Position numbers and translations under genes: made by a program. A stretch of DNA of 62,978 nt, the filler included, from Vannella sp. (lineage: Eukaryota): assembly GCA_023345925.1 (NCBI GenBank). It is 9 parts of 9 records of this genome, joined end to end, with 100 filler letters (N's around TTAATTAATTAA, not from the genome) between each part and the next. Parts side by side here need not be neighbours in the genome. Positions count along the whole stretch, not along the records: positions 40,285 to 48,682 come from JAJQQN010000992.1; positions 48,783 to 57,082 come from JAJQQN010000215.1; positions 57,183 to 62,978 come from JAJQQN010000987.1; 6 more parts are not named here. One strand, given 5' to 3'. How positions within the stretch are numbered: position 1 is the stretch's first letter; each line of letters opens with the position of its first letter. Shown piece by piece: positions 46,201-57,610 of this stretch. Under the pieces are notes generated by a model. That model was given only the letters and a program-made list of their open reading frames with translations. It was not told where the DNA came from and made no database searches.

Positions 46201-48422
46201 TCCAGGCAAAAGTCCAATAATTCAAACGCGCTCGAACAGAACTCTTCAGGTGTATACCATTCAGGCTTGGTCAAGCCCATTGGATAAACAACTTGCTCAG
46301 TAAGACGCTGTGGCAATAAGTACACCCCCCCAAGGCAAGGTAGAACAGAGTTGGCAAGGTTCAGCCCTCGTTTAAAAACTCCTTTGGTAGTGCAGTGCAA
46401 GGCTTGTTCAATGCAAATCCTCAATTCTCCCAGGACTTTGACGACAAAGTGCGCAGGGGAGCCATCAATCATCGCAGAGAGGAGAGTTAATTTCCACTCC
46501 ACTTCATCTCGAGAGATCTTATCAGTGAGCTTTCCATCGTCTACAATAGAACCCAAATAATGTCGGGCTCTAAGGAAGAGAAGCTCCTCCACGTCAGGAT
46601 TATGTGTGGAATGATAAGAAATTACTGCAGTGAATAGAGCTTTTGTGCAAGGAGGGAAACCGGAGCGCTTATTCTCCACCATCGAGACGAACTTAGAGAA
46701 TACTGCAGAGAATGTTTCCGAGTTCCACAGAGGAGCCAGGGCGTAGATGCATTCACACTGCTCGTTGTTTGCACTCAGCTCATCCTTTGAAAGATAAAGG
46801 TTCATTGAATCCAATCGCTCAATCAAGGCCAATGACCATTCTTTCATCTCTTCACGACGTCTTTTCTCTTTCAATAGCGCAGGATCGACTTGCAGCGCAA
46901 AGCTGCGGTAAAACAAAAGAGTTTTGGAGGACTTGTTGAGGTCATTCGGATCAATACCAGGAAGAGTCTGCCACAGTAGAGCCATCAGAGAGTCCCACCA
47001 ATCTCCCTGTTGCGCAGTGAATGATTCTTCCATCCCTGGCAGGAGCACAAAGCAAAGAGAAGAGAGTGCCTGAATCGTACTTATGACTTGGTTAGGGGAA
47101 ACGTTTGAGTCCAGAACTGTGTAGAGAGATTGGAAGACGCTCGTTATTTCAGAAGGAATGAGCCAGAGGAGACTTCTCAAGGCGGAGGCTCCAGATGTGG
47201 TCATTTCATTTGATTTGCTTTGAACAGCCTGCAGGGAGACGTTAATCAGTTGCTTCAAAAGAGTCTCCAAATGACCGCCTAAGGAAGAAGAGCGATTCGA
47301 GGCTCGTAGAAAGGCAACACACTTTTCTACCGAAAGAGCCAATTGAGAAAGAAGGCTAGATAACATTCCAACCCAATGCCCTGTGTTGGAGGGATGATAG
47401 TACGGTAGTAGAAGATCGAATAGCTTCTGAAGCTTCTCAAAGCCTTTGTTCTCAGGATTGGAGGACAAGACAATGAACTTGGCGAACTTGGCACAAAGCT
47501 CAGACTTGGTATTGAAGATAATCGACTCAACTCCGATAGGCAACCGCACCTCTCCAGAGCGCTTTACGTTCTTTAGTGAGGAATTGGAGGTCACACTAAT
47601 GTCCAGCGATCTCAACAGCTTGGCAATGGTCATCTGTATCAGAGACTCCGTGTGTAGATAAAGAGAAACCGGAGAGGGTGAAGCATAGACTGACTTTGCC
47701 AAGCGAGAGAGTAAGAGCATCCAGTGGTAGTCCCACGCATTGCAGCCTTCCAGCCAATTCCATGTTCGTTCTATCAACCTGACTGATCTCTCAACGCAAC
47801 CTTCCAGATTCCTCTCAAGAGACACAGACGGCAGAAAGTGGACCATCAACACTTGGCTCAGGAGAGTTCCGCGAGGATCAGAGGGATCCATTCGTGCTTC
47901 AAAGTAGTCCATTATCTCGTGCCACACACTTCCTGAAGATTCTGTGGAGGCAAAGAAGGGTCTTGAATGATGTATCAGTACGAAGAAGTCCCTTTTGTGC
48001 ATCAGATCGACCTGGAAGCCGAGGTGGGAGTTGGGTGAGTCCACGTGTAGCTTGCAGAAGATGTCCCAGAGGCTCTTCCAGTTCACTACAAGTTTGGGTG
48101 GACCCATGTTCTCTTCCTTTGCAGCTCGCTTAAGGAGGCAAGCAAGGACTTTGGCCATCCTCAACTGGATGTTGAAGTAGTTCGTGGGATCACCTAATAC
48201 CCACGCGAGGAGAGGCTCAGCAAGGGCAGGATACATGGTAGTAGGAATAGGGAGGCGTTGGATCAAGTAGAAGTGGAGAGAGTGGCTAGCAGCTCCCGAA
48301 GCCGCAAAATCTCGTTTGGAGAAGGTGGCTGAGAGTTCATCAGCAAGAGGTTGGAGCAAGGTCACTGCCTCCTCTTCTGTTGGAGAGTAACCAGTTGGCA
48401 GATGCTCCACCAACAGCCTCAT
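43209..48422 (-). CDS. PSME4: Proteasome activator PA200/Blm10 (PSME4), no intron needed
   Basis: YYHPSNTGHW, LPGIDPNDLNKS, DPQIEVRELAA, KHGGVLGLGA..YPYDLP and FRRTHQEMW, ending in the HbYX-type C-terminus SPTYYA*. Confidence 0.93.
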   Translation of the reverse strand: MRLLVEHLPTGYSPTEEEAVTLLQPLADELSATFSKRDFAASGAASHSLHFYLIQRLPIPTTMYPALAEPLLAWVLGDPTNYFNIQLRMAKVLACLLKRAAKEENMGPPKLVVNWKSLWDIFCKLHVDSPNSHLGFQVDLMHKRDFFVLIHHSRPFFASTESSGSVWHEIMDYFEARMDPSDPRGTLLSQVLMVHFLPSVSLERNLEGCVERSVRLIERTWNWLEGCNAWDYHWMLLLSRLAKSVYASPSPVSLYLHTESLIQMTIAKLLRSLDISVTSNSSLKNVKRSGEVRLPIGVESIIFNTKSELCAKFAKFIVLSSNPENKGFEKLQKLFDLLLPYYHPSNTGHWVGMLSSLLSQLALSVEKCVAFLRASNRSSSLGGHLETLLKQLINVSLQAVQSKSNEMTTSGASALRSLLWLIPSEITSVFQSLYTVLDSNVSPNQVISTIQALSSLCFVLLPGMEESFTAQQGDWWDSLMALLWQTLPGIDPNDLNKSSKTLLFYRSFALQVDPALLKEKRRREEMKEWSLALIERLDSMNLYLSKDELSANNEQCECIYALAPLWNSETFSAVFSKFVSMVENKRSGFPPCTKALFTAVISYHSTHNPDVEELLFLRARHYLGSIVDDGKLTDKISRDEVEWKLTLLSAMIDGSPAHFVVKVLGELRICIEQALHCTTKGVFKRGLNLANSVLPCLGGVYLLPQRLTEQVVYPMGLTKPEWYTPEEFCSSAFELLDFCLDFGVNELRGISSGTSEASSDLTSRQRIERSLWVLDTVLTYSGRLLFNTKEHLHAGESLPARGGLLHFVTIGQQLPGADCSRREKIGNALRCLHSLSSSDLLSASLLQQVSLMLDSFLTRSVFGGVTYPMRTLLQAKKIFACRLHPTAINRASSLLSHSTRSPHFGVSVYPAAFSYQTIGSFYSVIVYPTSKYLKLTPLHEDLIQFQRHLCLDQYVDVRRGAQASLLILLDHFPDLRLPAIKDLLSELLSATGQDDVSIKGKLHILSRVLSPLFDDWDAQKLFFQMIPEIFTRFGRPSIHVLIHSACMTFVSQLFRHLHIISESELLEHKEITQILVSWDSNRHWRLQILQRSLLYAHNARSDVPLDSQVVELFNLDLTSEISFLRKFAQLALGSFASIHHQANFSEFQCSSKKGTSEIQYLQQDLERITQKAFNYMVEDHVIVSDEEKIGRGELSALSGMLASIGSFSSGIGSSSPQDRTALAQEALALHLQRGLAPLWPPPSHLDLLSDLFNVANARLLTWWGHSISSAPLTPWTSSLLELKNSEQRKEQAFLAEATAGLLRSFLEQENPNPQLPLWEYYLHPLLLSTFSGESGIVGDWPSALRFSLSKICPSKYLVLLEPILVECSVLAKATERPFAFLSGSGNVPSFKLLRTLSCVRAVLVEGSTQLPEEFLNPIFLGCIEFTAHPNNLVRAEIAQILSIVLDLRLGAGSSIRAILDDFANVTDADGFEGTLLWIHAFFQQSGMLSSKLDTLEGLELLKSSISFVMKCLVQENNNVQQHARVCLALIAQCNFTAETVREILSLMETIVASSLDWHIRRAVLPFAQLLDFNHRFVCGPELHLLTHELCVKLLADPQIEVRELAAITLNSVLRGSDPAYLGQLAQRFQKAARIQLGEGKGIDLKSKRFGVKHGGVLGLGALLLLYPYDLPAFVVPWLMELVSHIDGPSTIASSVNNTVKDFRRTHQEMWHIYSTQVLSPDQSRILQELLVSPTYYA

Positions 48423-48494
48423 GGTGAGGCCGCGAAGGCAAATGGCCAACTTTTCCCAACATTTCCCTTCCCTCCTGGATGACGTGTCCGCTCG

Positions 48495-48550
48495 GAAAAG
48501 TCCTCAAAATCAACTGGGAGTAGCTACAAAGTCTTTTTTATAACATTTTC
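48495..48550 (-). repeat. Degenerate partial copy D of the dispersed element, upstream of PSME4
   Basis: Minus strand: TTATAAAAAA...TCCCAGTTGATTTTGAGGACTTTTC, matching the core of copy A. Confidence 0.55.
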
Positions 48551-48782
48551 CATTTTCCATTTTTTGGTCATGATGATCAACTCCATGATGGTCCGGTGTT
48601 TCGTGTGTCCTGGATGAGTATCAGAGGGATTGTTCTTCTGGAAGAGGGATTATCATTGTGAGTCAAGATGAAGCGATGGGGANNNNNNNNNNNNNNNNNN
48701 NNNNNNNNNNNNNNNNNNNNNNNNNNTTAATTAATTAANNNNNNNNNNNNNNNNNNNNNNNNNNNNNNNNNNNNNNNNNNNN

Positions 48783-49200
48783 ATTGGACGCTCCGCTGGT
48801 CATCTGTCTGGCAAGGCCCAATGCCACGAAGAAGGTGAGGAACAGTGGAGTCTGTCTGAGCTTTTATGACGAGCGCAAGGCCAAGTGGGTGTGCGAGGAT
48901 GAGTGCCTTTCATACACAGGAAAGGAGGATCAGCTTTGCGGACAGACCAGCCATCTTACCAACTTTGCTCTTCTTCTGTCCGGCGCATCTGGAGGGAGCG
49001 GCGATGGCGATCCTTGCACCTCTTCCAGCCAAGACAACACACTGGCCTGGGTGTCCTTGGGCATGGTCGCTGGAGCCGTCATAATCGTCGCTTTTTGTGT
49101 GGTCGTTGTTGAGATCTGCACTCGTGCGAACGCTGGTCTGTTGGACCAGCAAATCAAAAGCAGATTCAAAAATGTGGGCGCTTCAGCAGCCAGCATCTAA
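48783..49200 (+). CDS. 3' end of a GAIN/GPS + single-TM surface protein (paralog of the 17553-21294 C-terminus)
   Basis: LDAPLVICL...VCLSFYDERKAKWVCEDECL...LCGQTSHLTNFALLL...DPC...WVSLGMVAGAVIIV. Confidence 0.85.
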
Positions 49201-50175
49201 GGCTTACTCGGCAGTCAATAAATCATCTCCACTCTTAAGTAACGAACGTTCTGAGAAATTAAGCGTCAGCCCCAGCCAGCGTTGCACCCAGTGCTCGGAG
49301 AGCTGTCCACTGAACGCAAAACTTGCGAGTCACTCAAGTGCAAGTAATTGTTGGTCAGGAATCCTTCCCACATGACGCTGCTTCTGTGCAGGCCCATGAA
49401 ACGCTACGGAAAAAGTGTGTAGATTCAGGCTAGTGGGGGAACAATTAGTTCATACTATTCAACGAGTAACTCATTAGAACTGTCACTGACCAGGGGAATC
49501 CGACTGGGGCGCCCAATGGCGCAGGAAATCAAGCTAGTTTCTCTGCTGCATTGCTTGGGAGTTCTCGAATCTCGAACGGAGAGAAGGGAAACGCAGTGCC
49601 CTCTCATGACTTCTCTCGAGAAAGATGAGGGGTTTTGAGGTTTAGCGAGGTGCAATCAAAGAATCCTCGTCTTACATGTCAAAGCTAAGCATCAAAATCA
49701 TTGTAGGTTGGCTCAAAGAGAATCCACGAGCCGAGGGGAAGAGGTCCCTAAAACTCGTGCTGATGACCTCCATCTCTACAGGATAAGCTTTTGAGCTGAT
49801 TTCATTTTTTGAGTTTTGGTTGCTCCAAGGAAGGACCCACATGAGGGGAAAAAAAAATGCCCTCGTGAACGATTTATACTGAGGACAAGCTCGCAGGATT
49901 CGGGACGAAGAAAACTTAAAAACCAATGAAAATATGTTCCGCTCCTTCATTGGCGAGCGATTTGACACCTGCCCAAAAGGTGGGAGGATCTGATTGGTCC
50001 GAAGAGCGCTGACCAAGGAGGACTTTTAAGACGGAGGATCAATTCCGAAATGGCCTCTTAAACGTCAAATGTAATGGTCAGAAAGAAAAGTGAAGAAGTG
50101 GTCTTGTAAAGGATGAATGAAGAGCTCATCGACCAATCAAATCGCGAGGTCGTGCCCGATCGTTCACTTTTTCTT

Positions 50176-53100
50176 ATGGCTTGTTGGTGGAGGTTGCTTC
50201 TGTTCTTTGGTCTCTTGGCAGCTGCTCTTGCGCAGAACTGTGTGCCAAATGTGACTGTGATTGGAGTGGGACAAGTGCGTGGAAGTACCCTCGGTGTGCC
50301 CGTGAGCCAAACTCTCGATTCTTTGGGCTACTCCAGCTGCCGTTCTATCAATACTCGCAACGAACGAGCAGTGTTCTTCTCTTACACGCCTGAGAGAAAA
50401 GCGTTGAGAACTTCCGTCTCTCTCTGTAACAGCACCAACGTGGGGCCAGGTCGACTTGATTTTCTCGAGTTCAGCGCCGCTTGCAACACTACGCAATGCC
50501 CCTTGTCCTACTACACCAACCTTTGTGGTAACACATACCCATCGTTGATGATCACGCCTACTCTTCAGTTTCCAAGCCTTCTTCTGTCTGTCCAAGAGGA
50601 AGTTGGAGGAGGTTCGTTCTCCTTCACCCTGGAAGTGAAAGAGGATCCCCTGTGCGATCAGCTTTATCAGATCTTCTTCCCTTACGGTGAGTATGTCACC
50701 AGCTCGTTCACCATCCAAGACTACGGCCTCCCCAACTGTGTCCCTGGAATGGAGCAAGTCGCCTTGTTGAAGCGCTTTCGCCCCTTAGAGAATCACATGG
50801 AGCTTCTGATGTCCTTCGCACAACTGTCTGGTCCTGCGGTTGTTGTCATCTATCGAAACGGATGCTCTCAACCCACTTGCGAGGGACCCGTTTACACCAG
50901 CAACGGCATTGGTTTTCTCTCGGCATCCTCAAAACACGTTTCCAGCAGGTGACGATCTCTTGATCGCCATTCTGAGAAGCTCTTTAATCACCCGAGGCTC
51001 TCGTTCTCCTTATTCTTTTTCGATCGCTGAAGTACTGCCTTTGACGGACAACTTAGAGTGCGAGAACCCTTTGGAGGCTCAACCTGGTTTCTTGTACGTT
51101 GAAGCTGTCCCAACAGGAACGTTCTCTGTGAATCAATCTCTCCCATGCACAGACCATCAAGGAATCGTTTACTTTTTCAAGTACACTATTCAGGGACCCA
51201 CTCGGTTCTCTTCTTGCCCAACTGGTCTCTATAACTATCCAGAGTACTCATCTGCTGGACAGATCTCCTTGTACACAGGATCTTGTGACAATCTGCAATG
51301 TCTCATTCCTTCTCGCACAAAAGGTTGCGCATCCAGCTCTGTTGGTCAATATCTCGATGTCCTTTCCACCAATCCAGGGACAATTGTCACCGTTGCCGTC
51401 TACTCCCTTCCCACTATTATTAGTTCACGTTCTCTCGTTTCCCTGGAAATCAATCGAATCTTCCCTTTGAATGACCAATGCACCACCAGCAAGGAAATTT
51501 CCAGTTCAGTCCTGATTGAAGGAGACTTGCGACTCGTTCAAACGAATTACTTGAACTCCCGCGTCTTGTGGTACAGATATTACTCCACAATGCCTGAAAG
51601 CAAGATCACTGCATCGGTTTGTTATAACACTCTCGGTGACCCCCAGGTTGGCATCTCGCTGTTGGATTGCAGTTCTCCTACCCTTTCTGTTTCAAACGAA
51701 CGAGGCTGTTGGGAAAACTCTAACGCTGCAATCACCTCTTCTCGTGCAGCAGTACCATTCCTCATTTACGTTTTCCAAAATGATCAAAATCGATATCCTG
51801 CAAATCGTTTCCAGCTTGTGGTGGAAGAGCAACCCCTTGTCTTCAGTTGCTCCTTGATCCCATTCATCACAACAAACAACAGAATTATTGAAACCACCCG
51901 CTCGGATTCTGTTCCTCTCCCGACTTGTGGTGATGGTCCTTCTGTTTCTCCTTCATCACTTCCCAGCCATGTTTCTACACTTTTCAAGTTTGCAACTGAC
52001 AATGCCAGTAGCACTATTCTCATCAGCGCATGCCCTACTGCTGACGCGGAGAGTATTCAATACTACCCTCGAATTGCCGTCTACACTGGAGAGTGTGGGT
52101 CGCTCCAATGCTTTTCTAACTATTCTTCTTGCATGGCATCTATTGAAGGTCTCCCTCCTTCCAGCATTGTCTACATTGCTGTAATCCACAGCGGCGTAGC
52201 GGAGATCACAATTGGCAAGCCGAGCCTTTTGCCCACTGGAGTCGACTGTCAAACTGCCCTACCATTACTTAATGGCATTCCAATCAGTGCCAACACGTCA
52301 GAATACGCCTTGCGCGCCAATCCGTTCCTTTTCGAAAACAACGCGCGGAATTATGTGGTTTTCCGTTATCAAGTTCAGCGAGAATTCAGCTATATTGCTA
52401 TTACAACTTGTGGCTCCCCTACTCCAGTTACTGTAAACCTATTCACTGGAACCTGCAGTTCTTATCAACATATCGGTCCGATCAATTACCTGCCAAAATG
52501 TTCAAATGGAGGAGTTACAATCCAGGCCGGCCAATATGCGCCATTCAACAAAGGGGAGGTAGTTTATTTCCTCGTTCATGCTGTGGCACAAGAAGGTCTC
52601 TTTTTGCTCCAAGTCAACGAGCTCTCTTCCGCTTTTCAGTATGAAGGAGTGGAAAAGGATCCTTTTCCTTGCCAAAATGCAAGTTTGATCCGATCTGGTG
52701 ACATTGTGCAAGGTCTTCCTTATGGATATACCCTTCTTAAGGACGTCCTAAGCATCAACTTCACTGGGTGCCTTTACCAGATTGATTTTAGAGATATAGA
52801 TTCTGGTTTTCTAGAGTGGCCGGTCCAGTTCTTCCGATTCATTGTGACTGATCCTGAAGCTCGACTTGACATCAGCTCTTGTGATAGATCCACATCGACT
52901 GTCGCAGTGATTCTATTTTCTGGATCCTGCAGCGGGCTGCGATGTTTAGAAGCCGACTCGAGTGGTTGTGGAACACAGGGCAAAATAGGATACTATCTAA
53001 ACAACACGTTTCCCTCGGGAACCGAATTGTTCATTGGTGTTCTGTCGAAATTCCAAGGTCCCCTCAGCTCTCCGTTCTCCTTACGAGTTGCAGAAACGTC

Positions 53101-56100
53101 ATTTCGCTCTTCCTGCTTGTCGCCTAACATATTGACCCAAGGGAAAATGGTGGAAGGTAGCTCACATCCTCAGTTTTCCGAAAGTCTTGCTGCCTTCGAC
53201 GAATGTGGAACTTCCGGGCCAACTTTGTTTGGAGAGACATTCGAACTTACAGTGGCCACCAACTCCACCGGATTCACCATTGATACGTGTGGTCCTCACA
53301 CCAATGCTAATGTGTCTGTGCTTGTTTATGACTCCTCTGCAGGTTGCGGGAATCTACTGTGTTTGGCATCGGGATTTACGGACTGTTCCGGTCCTTTGCG
53401 TCTTTTTCTTGAAACACAGGTATCAAAGTTACTCATCGTTGTTGGAAGCTATCAGGTGGAAGCAGATTTCCAGATTCTCGTCAAGGAAGTGAATTCAGTG
53501 CCTGGCAATGGTACAACCTGTGAAAGTGCAGTTCAATTGATTGCTTCTACAACAGTGGATGGTAATACGCTGGGATCTCCTACGTTGGGATCAGACTTGC
53601 TACCGTGCGGATACCCGTACAAGTCGCCAGTTGTGTTTTACAAGTTTATTGTTCCGGAAGGAATCTCGTCTGTGAAATTCAGCACATGTGGCTCCACACA
53701 GATGGACACTTATCTTGCTCTATACTCCGGAGAATGTGGGTCATTAGTGTGTCAGTTCGAGAATGATGACTCTTCAGAATGCGGCACTGGTTCAACCGTG
53801 CAAATCCGTTTGGAACAGATCAATGTTGGTAACAGTTTCGTACTTGCTGTGTATGGCTTCGAGGGGGGAGCTGGACCGTTCAAACTTACAACCACAACGA
53901 CAACATACGCTCAAAATACTAATTGCTCCAATGCGATTTCACTGTTCAACAGGGTGCCAATTCTGATAGATCCAGCTCAGGCTTGGGGAGCTCCTTACTC
54001 TCTATTCCCTTGCTTCGTGAAAGGGTTCTCATTCCACCAAACCTACAGCTTCTCCGGTCTGTACAACTCCAACGTTAAGTTTGAAGTGTCTTTTCAGGAG
54101 CCTGGCCAAGTTCTTCTGTTCTCTTTAGCAACAATCGGTTGCACTTGTATTCAATCCCAATTTGTGTACTCTGACTACTCCTATGAAACATTCGGGAAGG
54201 ATTTTCTTATCAGTGTGGATCTGGACCAGGCGTCTAGCTTGCGACCATTTACTCTAACTGTGTCACAACAAACTATCCAAGACCTTGCAACCCCAATCCG
54301 AACTGGAGAATCAAAGCTCTTATATAGTGCACTCGGAGGCTACTTACCCAACTATTTTCTCCCTGTGGACTGTCTACCATATTTCAATCCAACCTTCGAA
54401 CAGATATTTGTGTACAGCCCGCAACTTGACTATCAACAAGTGAGAATCACACTCCGCAGTGCTATCCGTGTGGCTGCAGTTTTTCTTGACCAAGAAGGAG
54501 GTGCAACATGCGCTGGAGCTATTACAGAAGGCGATATTCTGCTGACTGGATTGACTCGTTTAGATCGCCTTTTGATTTCAGTTCACGGTCCTTATAATGC
54601 CCCCAAACTCTCCAATCGAGCACTTCAGCTCCAAAACGAGACCTTGTTTATTGAAGAGCTTCCTCTTCCAGAGAGCAATGATGTTTGCTCTCGATTTGAA
54701 GAACTAACCCACGCTCTGCCTATCAACGGGAATACGAGTCGCCAGTTCTTTGGAGCAATCAAAGATCAGCCATGTCTCCCAGACGGGTTCGGATCTGTGC
54801 TGTTCTTCCAATACATTGGAAGAGGTCTGACTGAGATCAACACCTGTTCTCCCGTCACTGAGTTCAACACACAAGTGTCTGCATTCCTGGGATCATGTGA
54901 GGCACGCCGCTGTAGTCCCTTGTTGTTAGACGTGTTCCCTGGTCCATACCAGTTTGGTATTCGAGGATTGGTGACCCTCCCTGCACAAGAAACAGCTCTC
55001 TTCATCACTGTCTCAGGTCTTTCCAATGAGGATCGCGGGGCATTCAGCTTGACTGTGAGCCATGTGGTGGATATCAATGATCGATGCCAGAAGGCAGTCC
55101 CCCTTTTTGCAAATGTGCCTGTTTTGGGAGACTTCCGGTTGTCAGACAGACTTGGAATTGAAATGTTGCCGGATTGCACGGGTCCACTTCGTGGATTGAT
55201 GTATTCATACACTACCACACTTACAAACAGCACTTTGTTCATTTCAGTAACTACTCAAAAAGCATATGATGCATACTTCCGGATTCCAATCGGATTTCAT
55301 TACCGAAATGGCTTGTGTAATACCACTTGCTTAGCTCCTCCAAACTTGATTCCAGACGGGAAAAGAGGAATTCTCTCCAGCGAGATTGAAACAAGAGATC
55401 CACCTGGTGCCAGTCCCATATTTACACTCCCTTTCTTTGATGAATCACTGCCTGCTGGAACTGAACTTTTACTCACAGTTTACGACTGGGACGGAGAGGC
55501 CACATTTGAGATTGAAATCGAAGAGTTCGTGGACCAGACTGTTTCTGATCTTTGTGGTTTTGCAGAACCTCTGATTTTAGGAGTACCGAAGATACGAAAT
55601 TTGCAATACGGTTCCTTTGTTGATTCGCTTGAAGTCAACAACATCACTGTTTGCCCTTCTCCCGATGGTCCATTCCCGGTGGGTATTCCTGCTGTCATGT
55701 TCCGCTATGTGGCAACGAGTTCTGCACCTTTAGTCGTTTCTGCTTCTCACAAAGGGGATTATATATATTATGCACTTCTTGTGACTGTGTACAATGGCAA
55801 CTGCGGAGCTCTGAGTTGCATTCAGCCTCGCGCAACAGGTCTTACCCTGATCAATGGGCTGGTTGCTGGAGAGCAAATCTATATCGCAGTTCAGGGTTTT
55901 GGTAATGCAGAGATACGGATCCACGAAGGACCATTCCCCGAGCTCTCCACAGACCTGAAATCAGCACCCTTGCTTCTCAACAATGGCGTTGCTCGCTTCT
56001 TCAACTATTCCCAACAGTTTTACACAGCACAAGACATGGGATTTAGAACCTCATATTTCGGAGCTTGGCCAGCCTTCTTCCGTTATCGCTTTGAAAGATC

Positions 56101-57082
56101 CTATCCAGAACTACGGATCACTTTGACAGGTGCCATCAATATGAAAATGGAAATCTACACGTACGACTCGAACGGCCATCTTAATCTGATTCAATTTCAA
56201 AACAGATACCAGTCTTTTAGTTCACAGGGCATTGAGATGGTGGCAATCTCTTTCTTGAAGCATAACATTTACGGAAAAATACCGTTCCTCTCCAAACTGA
56301 ACAAAGACCAGGAGATAGTAATTGTCACCTCAGCTTCTCAAAATCCCTCTATCATTTCTCCTTATTTTGTGATGGTGGAGGAGTTCCCGACGGAGTACTA
56401 CTATCAAGGAGAGGAGCAAAAGCTGGCAGCATTGACTTCATCAATCCCGATCAAAAGTATGGAAACAGTGGCGATCTATTCAAGAGGATCAAAGTTCTTG
56501 AAATATTCAGGCCTTCCCATCTGTCCCCTTCAGTTCCCTTTGGAGCCTGTTCAACTGTTCACCTTTGGAAGAGCAGAACTGAACAGCACTTTGCTTTTCA
56601 GCACTTGCGATAACATCATTACCACTGGCCAGACTGTCATCACAGTCTACGGCAAGCTGAACAACCAGCTGGTGTGCTTGGCATCGGACAACTCGGCCTG
56701 CCTTCAAAAAGGAGAAGTTCATCTCTTCGGGTCAGAGTTGGATCCCCGCATCACAACCTTTTACATTGCTGTGCAAGCTCTCAATTCATTGGAGGTATCA
56801 GCAGCAGAGCTCAATAATGCTTACTTCTTCGCTAACGACAAGGTCTCCCAAGGGGAGGCTTCTCTCTTTGCAGAAGAGTTTGATCCGGCGGGTAAGGATC
56901 CCGTCCTCCGGCCCATGACCAACGGCAAACCGCTTCCTCTCTTCATCGACCCCGACCGATCTCCTGTCAACAAAAGCTCTCTTCCAGCATGCGGTCAGAA
57001 TGAGACTTCATTGCCTGCGGAATACGGGTACTATGTGACTCAAATCGCTTCCTCGGAGATGCTCTTCAGCACATGCGAGTTG
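50176..57082 (+). CDS. Giant secreted/surface protein with many Cys-containing ~120-aa beta-sandwich repeats; frame break near 50910-50950; 3'-truncated
   Basis: Signal peptide MACWWRLLLFFGLLAAALA. Recurring motif NDxCxxAxxL...STC...DT.L.LYxGxCxxLxC...G....IAV...GxFxLxV. Open reading of more than 2000 codons after the break. Confidence 0.8.
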
Positions 57083-57610
57083 NNNNNNNNNNNNNNNNNN
57101 NNNNNNNNNNNNNNNNNNNNNNNNNNTTAATTAATTAANNNNNNNNNNNNNNNNNNNNNNNNNNNNNNNNNNNNNNNNNNNNAATTAAGCAATGATTTTT
57201 GGTGCAACAAAATGCTGGTTCATCTTTCTTTAGTTTTCATCGATAACATTAAATGATAGCGTCATGGCAAGCTGGGTTGCATGGATGAGTTTGGGCGGTT
57301 GGCATCATTCAGGCACATCAGGTGTTGAGTTGACAGGCTCTTTGACTGTTGATACCACATGGCAGTTCTTATGGTTTAGTACCTTCTGTGGGATCAATTG
57401 GGATCACTGATTGATGAGTCTCCCATGGAGCTGTGCAAGGGTTAGTCCAAGAACATCGATTGCTTTGCGGCAGTGGAGCTCAGTTCGTTTCATATCGGAA
57501 TCAGTTTGGTTCATGTCAAATTTCTGCTTTTTAACGTCATCCTCGCTCCACTGCCACCTGCGCGCACTCACCTCAAAAGAAAAATGACGAAAACCCGAAA
57601 CTTTGAAAAT

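Noticed and set aside
43209..57082. Lack of introns in long ORFs as evidence for horizontal transfer
   Set aside because: Core eukaryotic genes here (PSME4, myosin) also run for more than 5 kb without introns, so the feature is uninformative.
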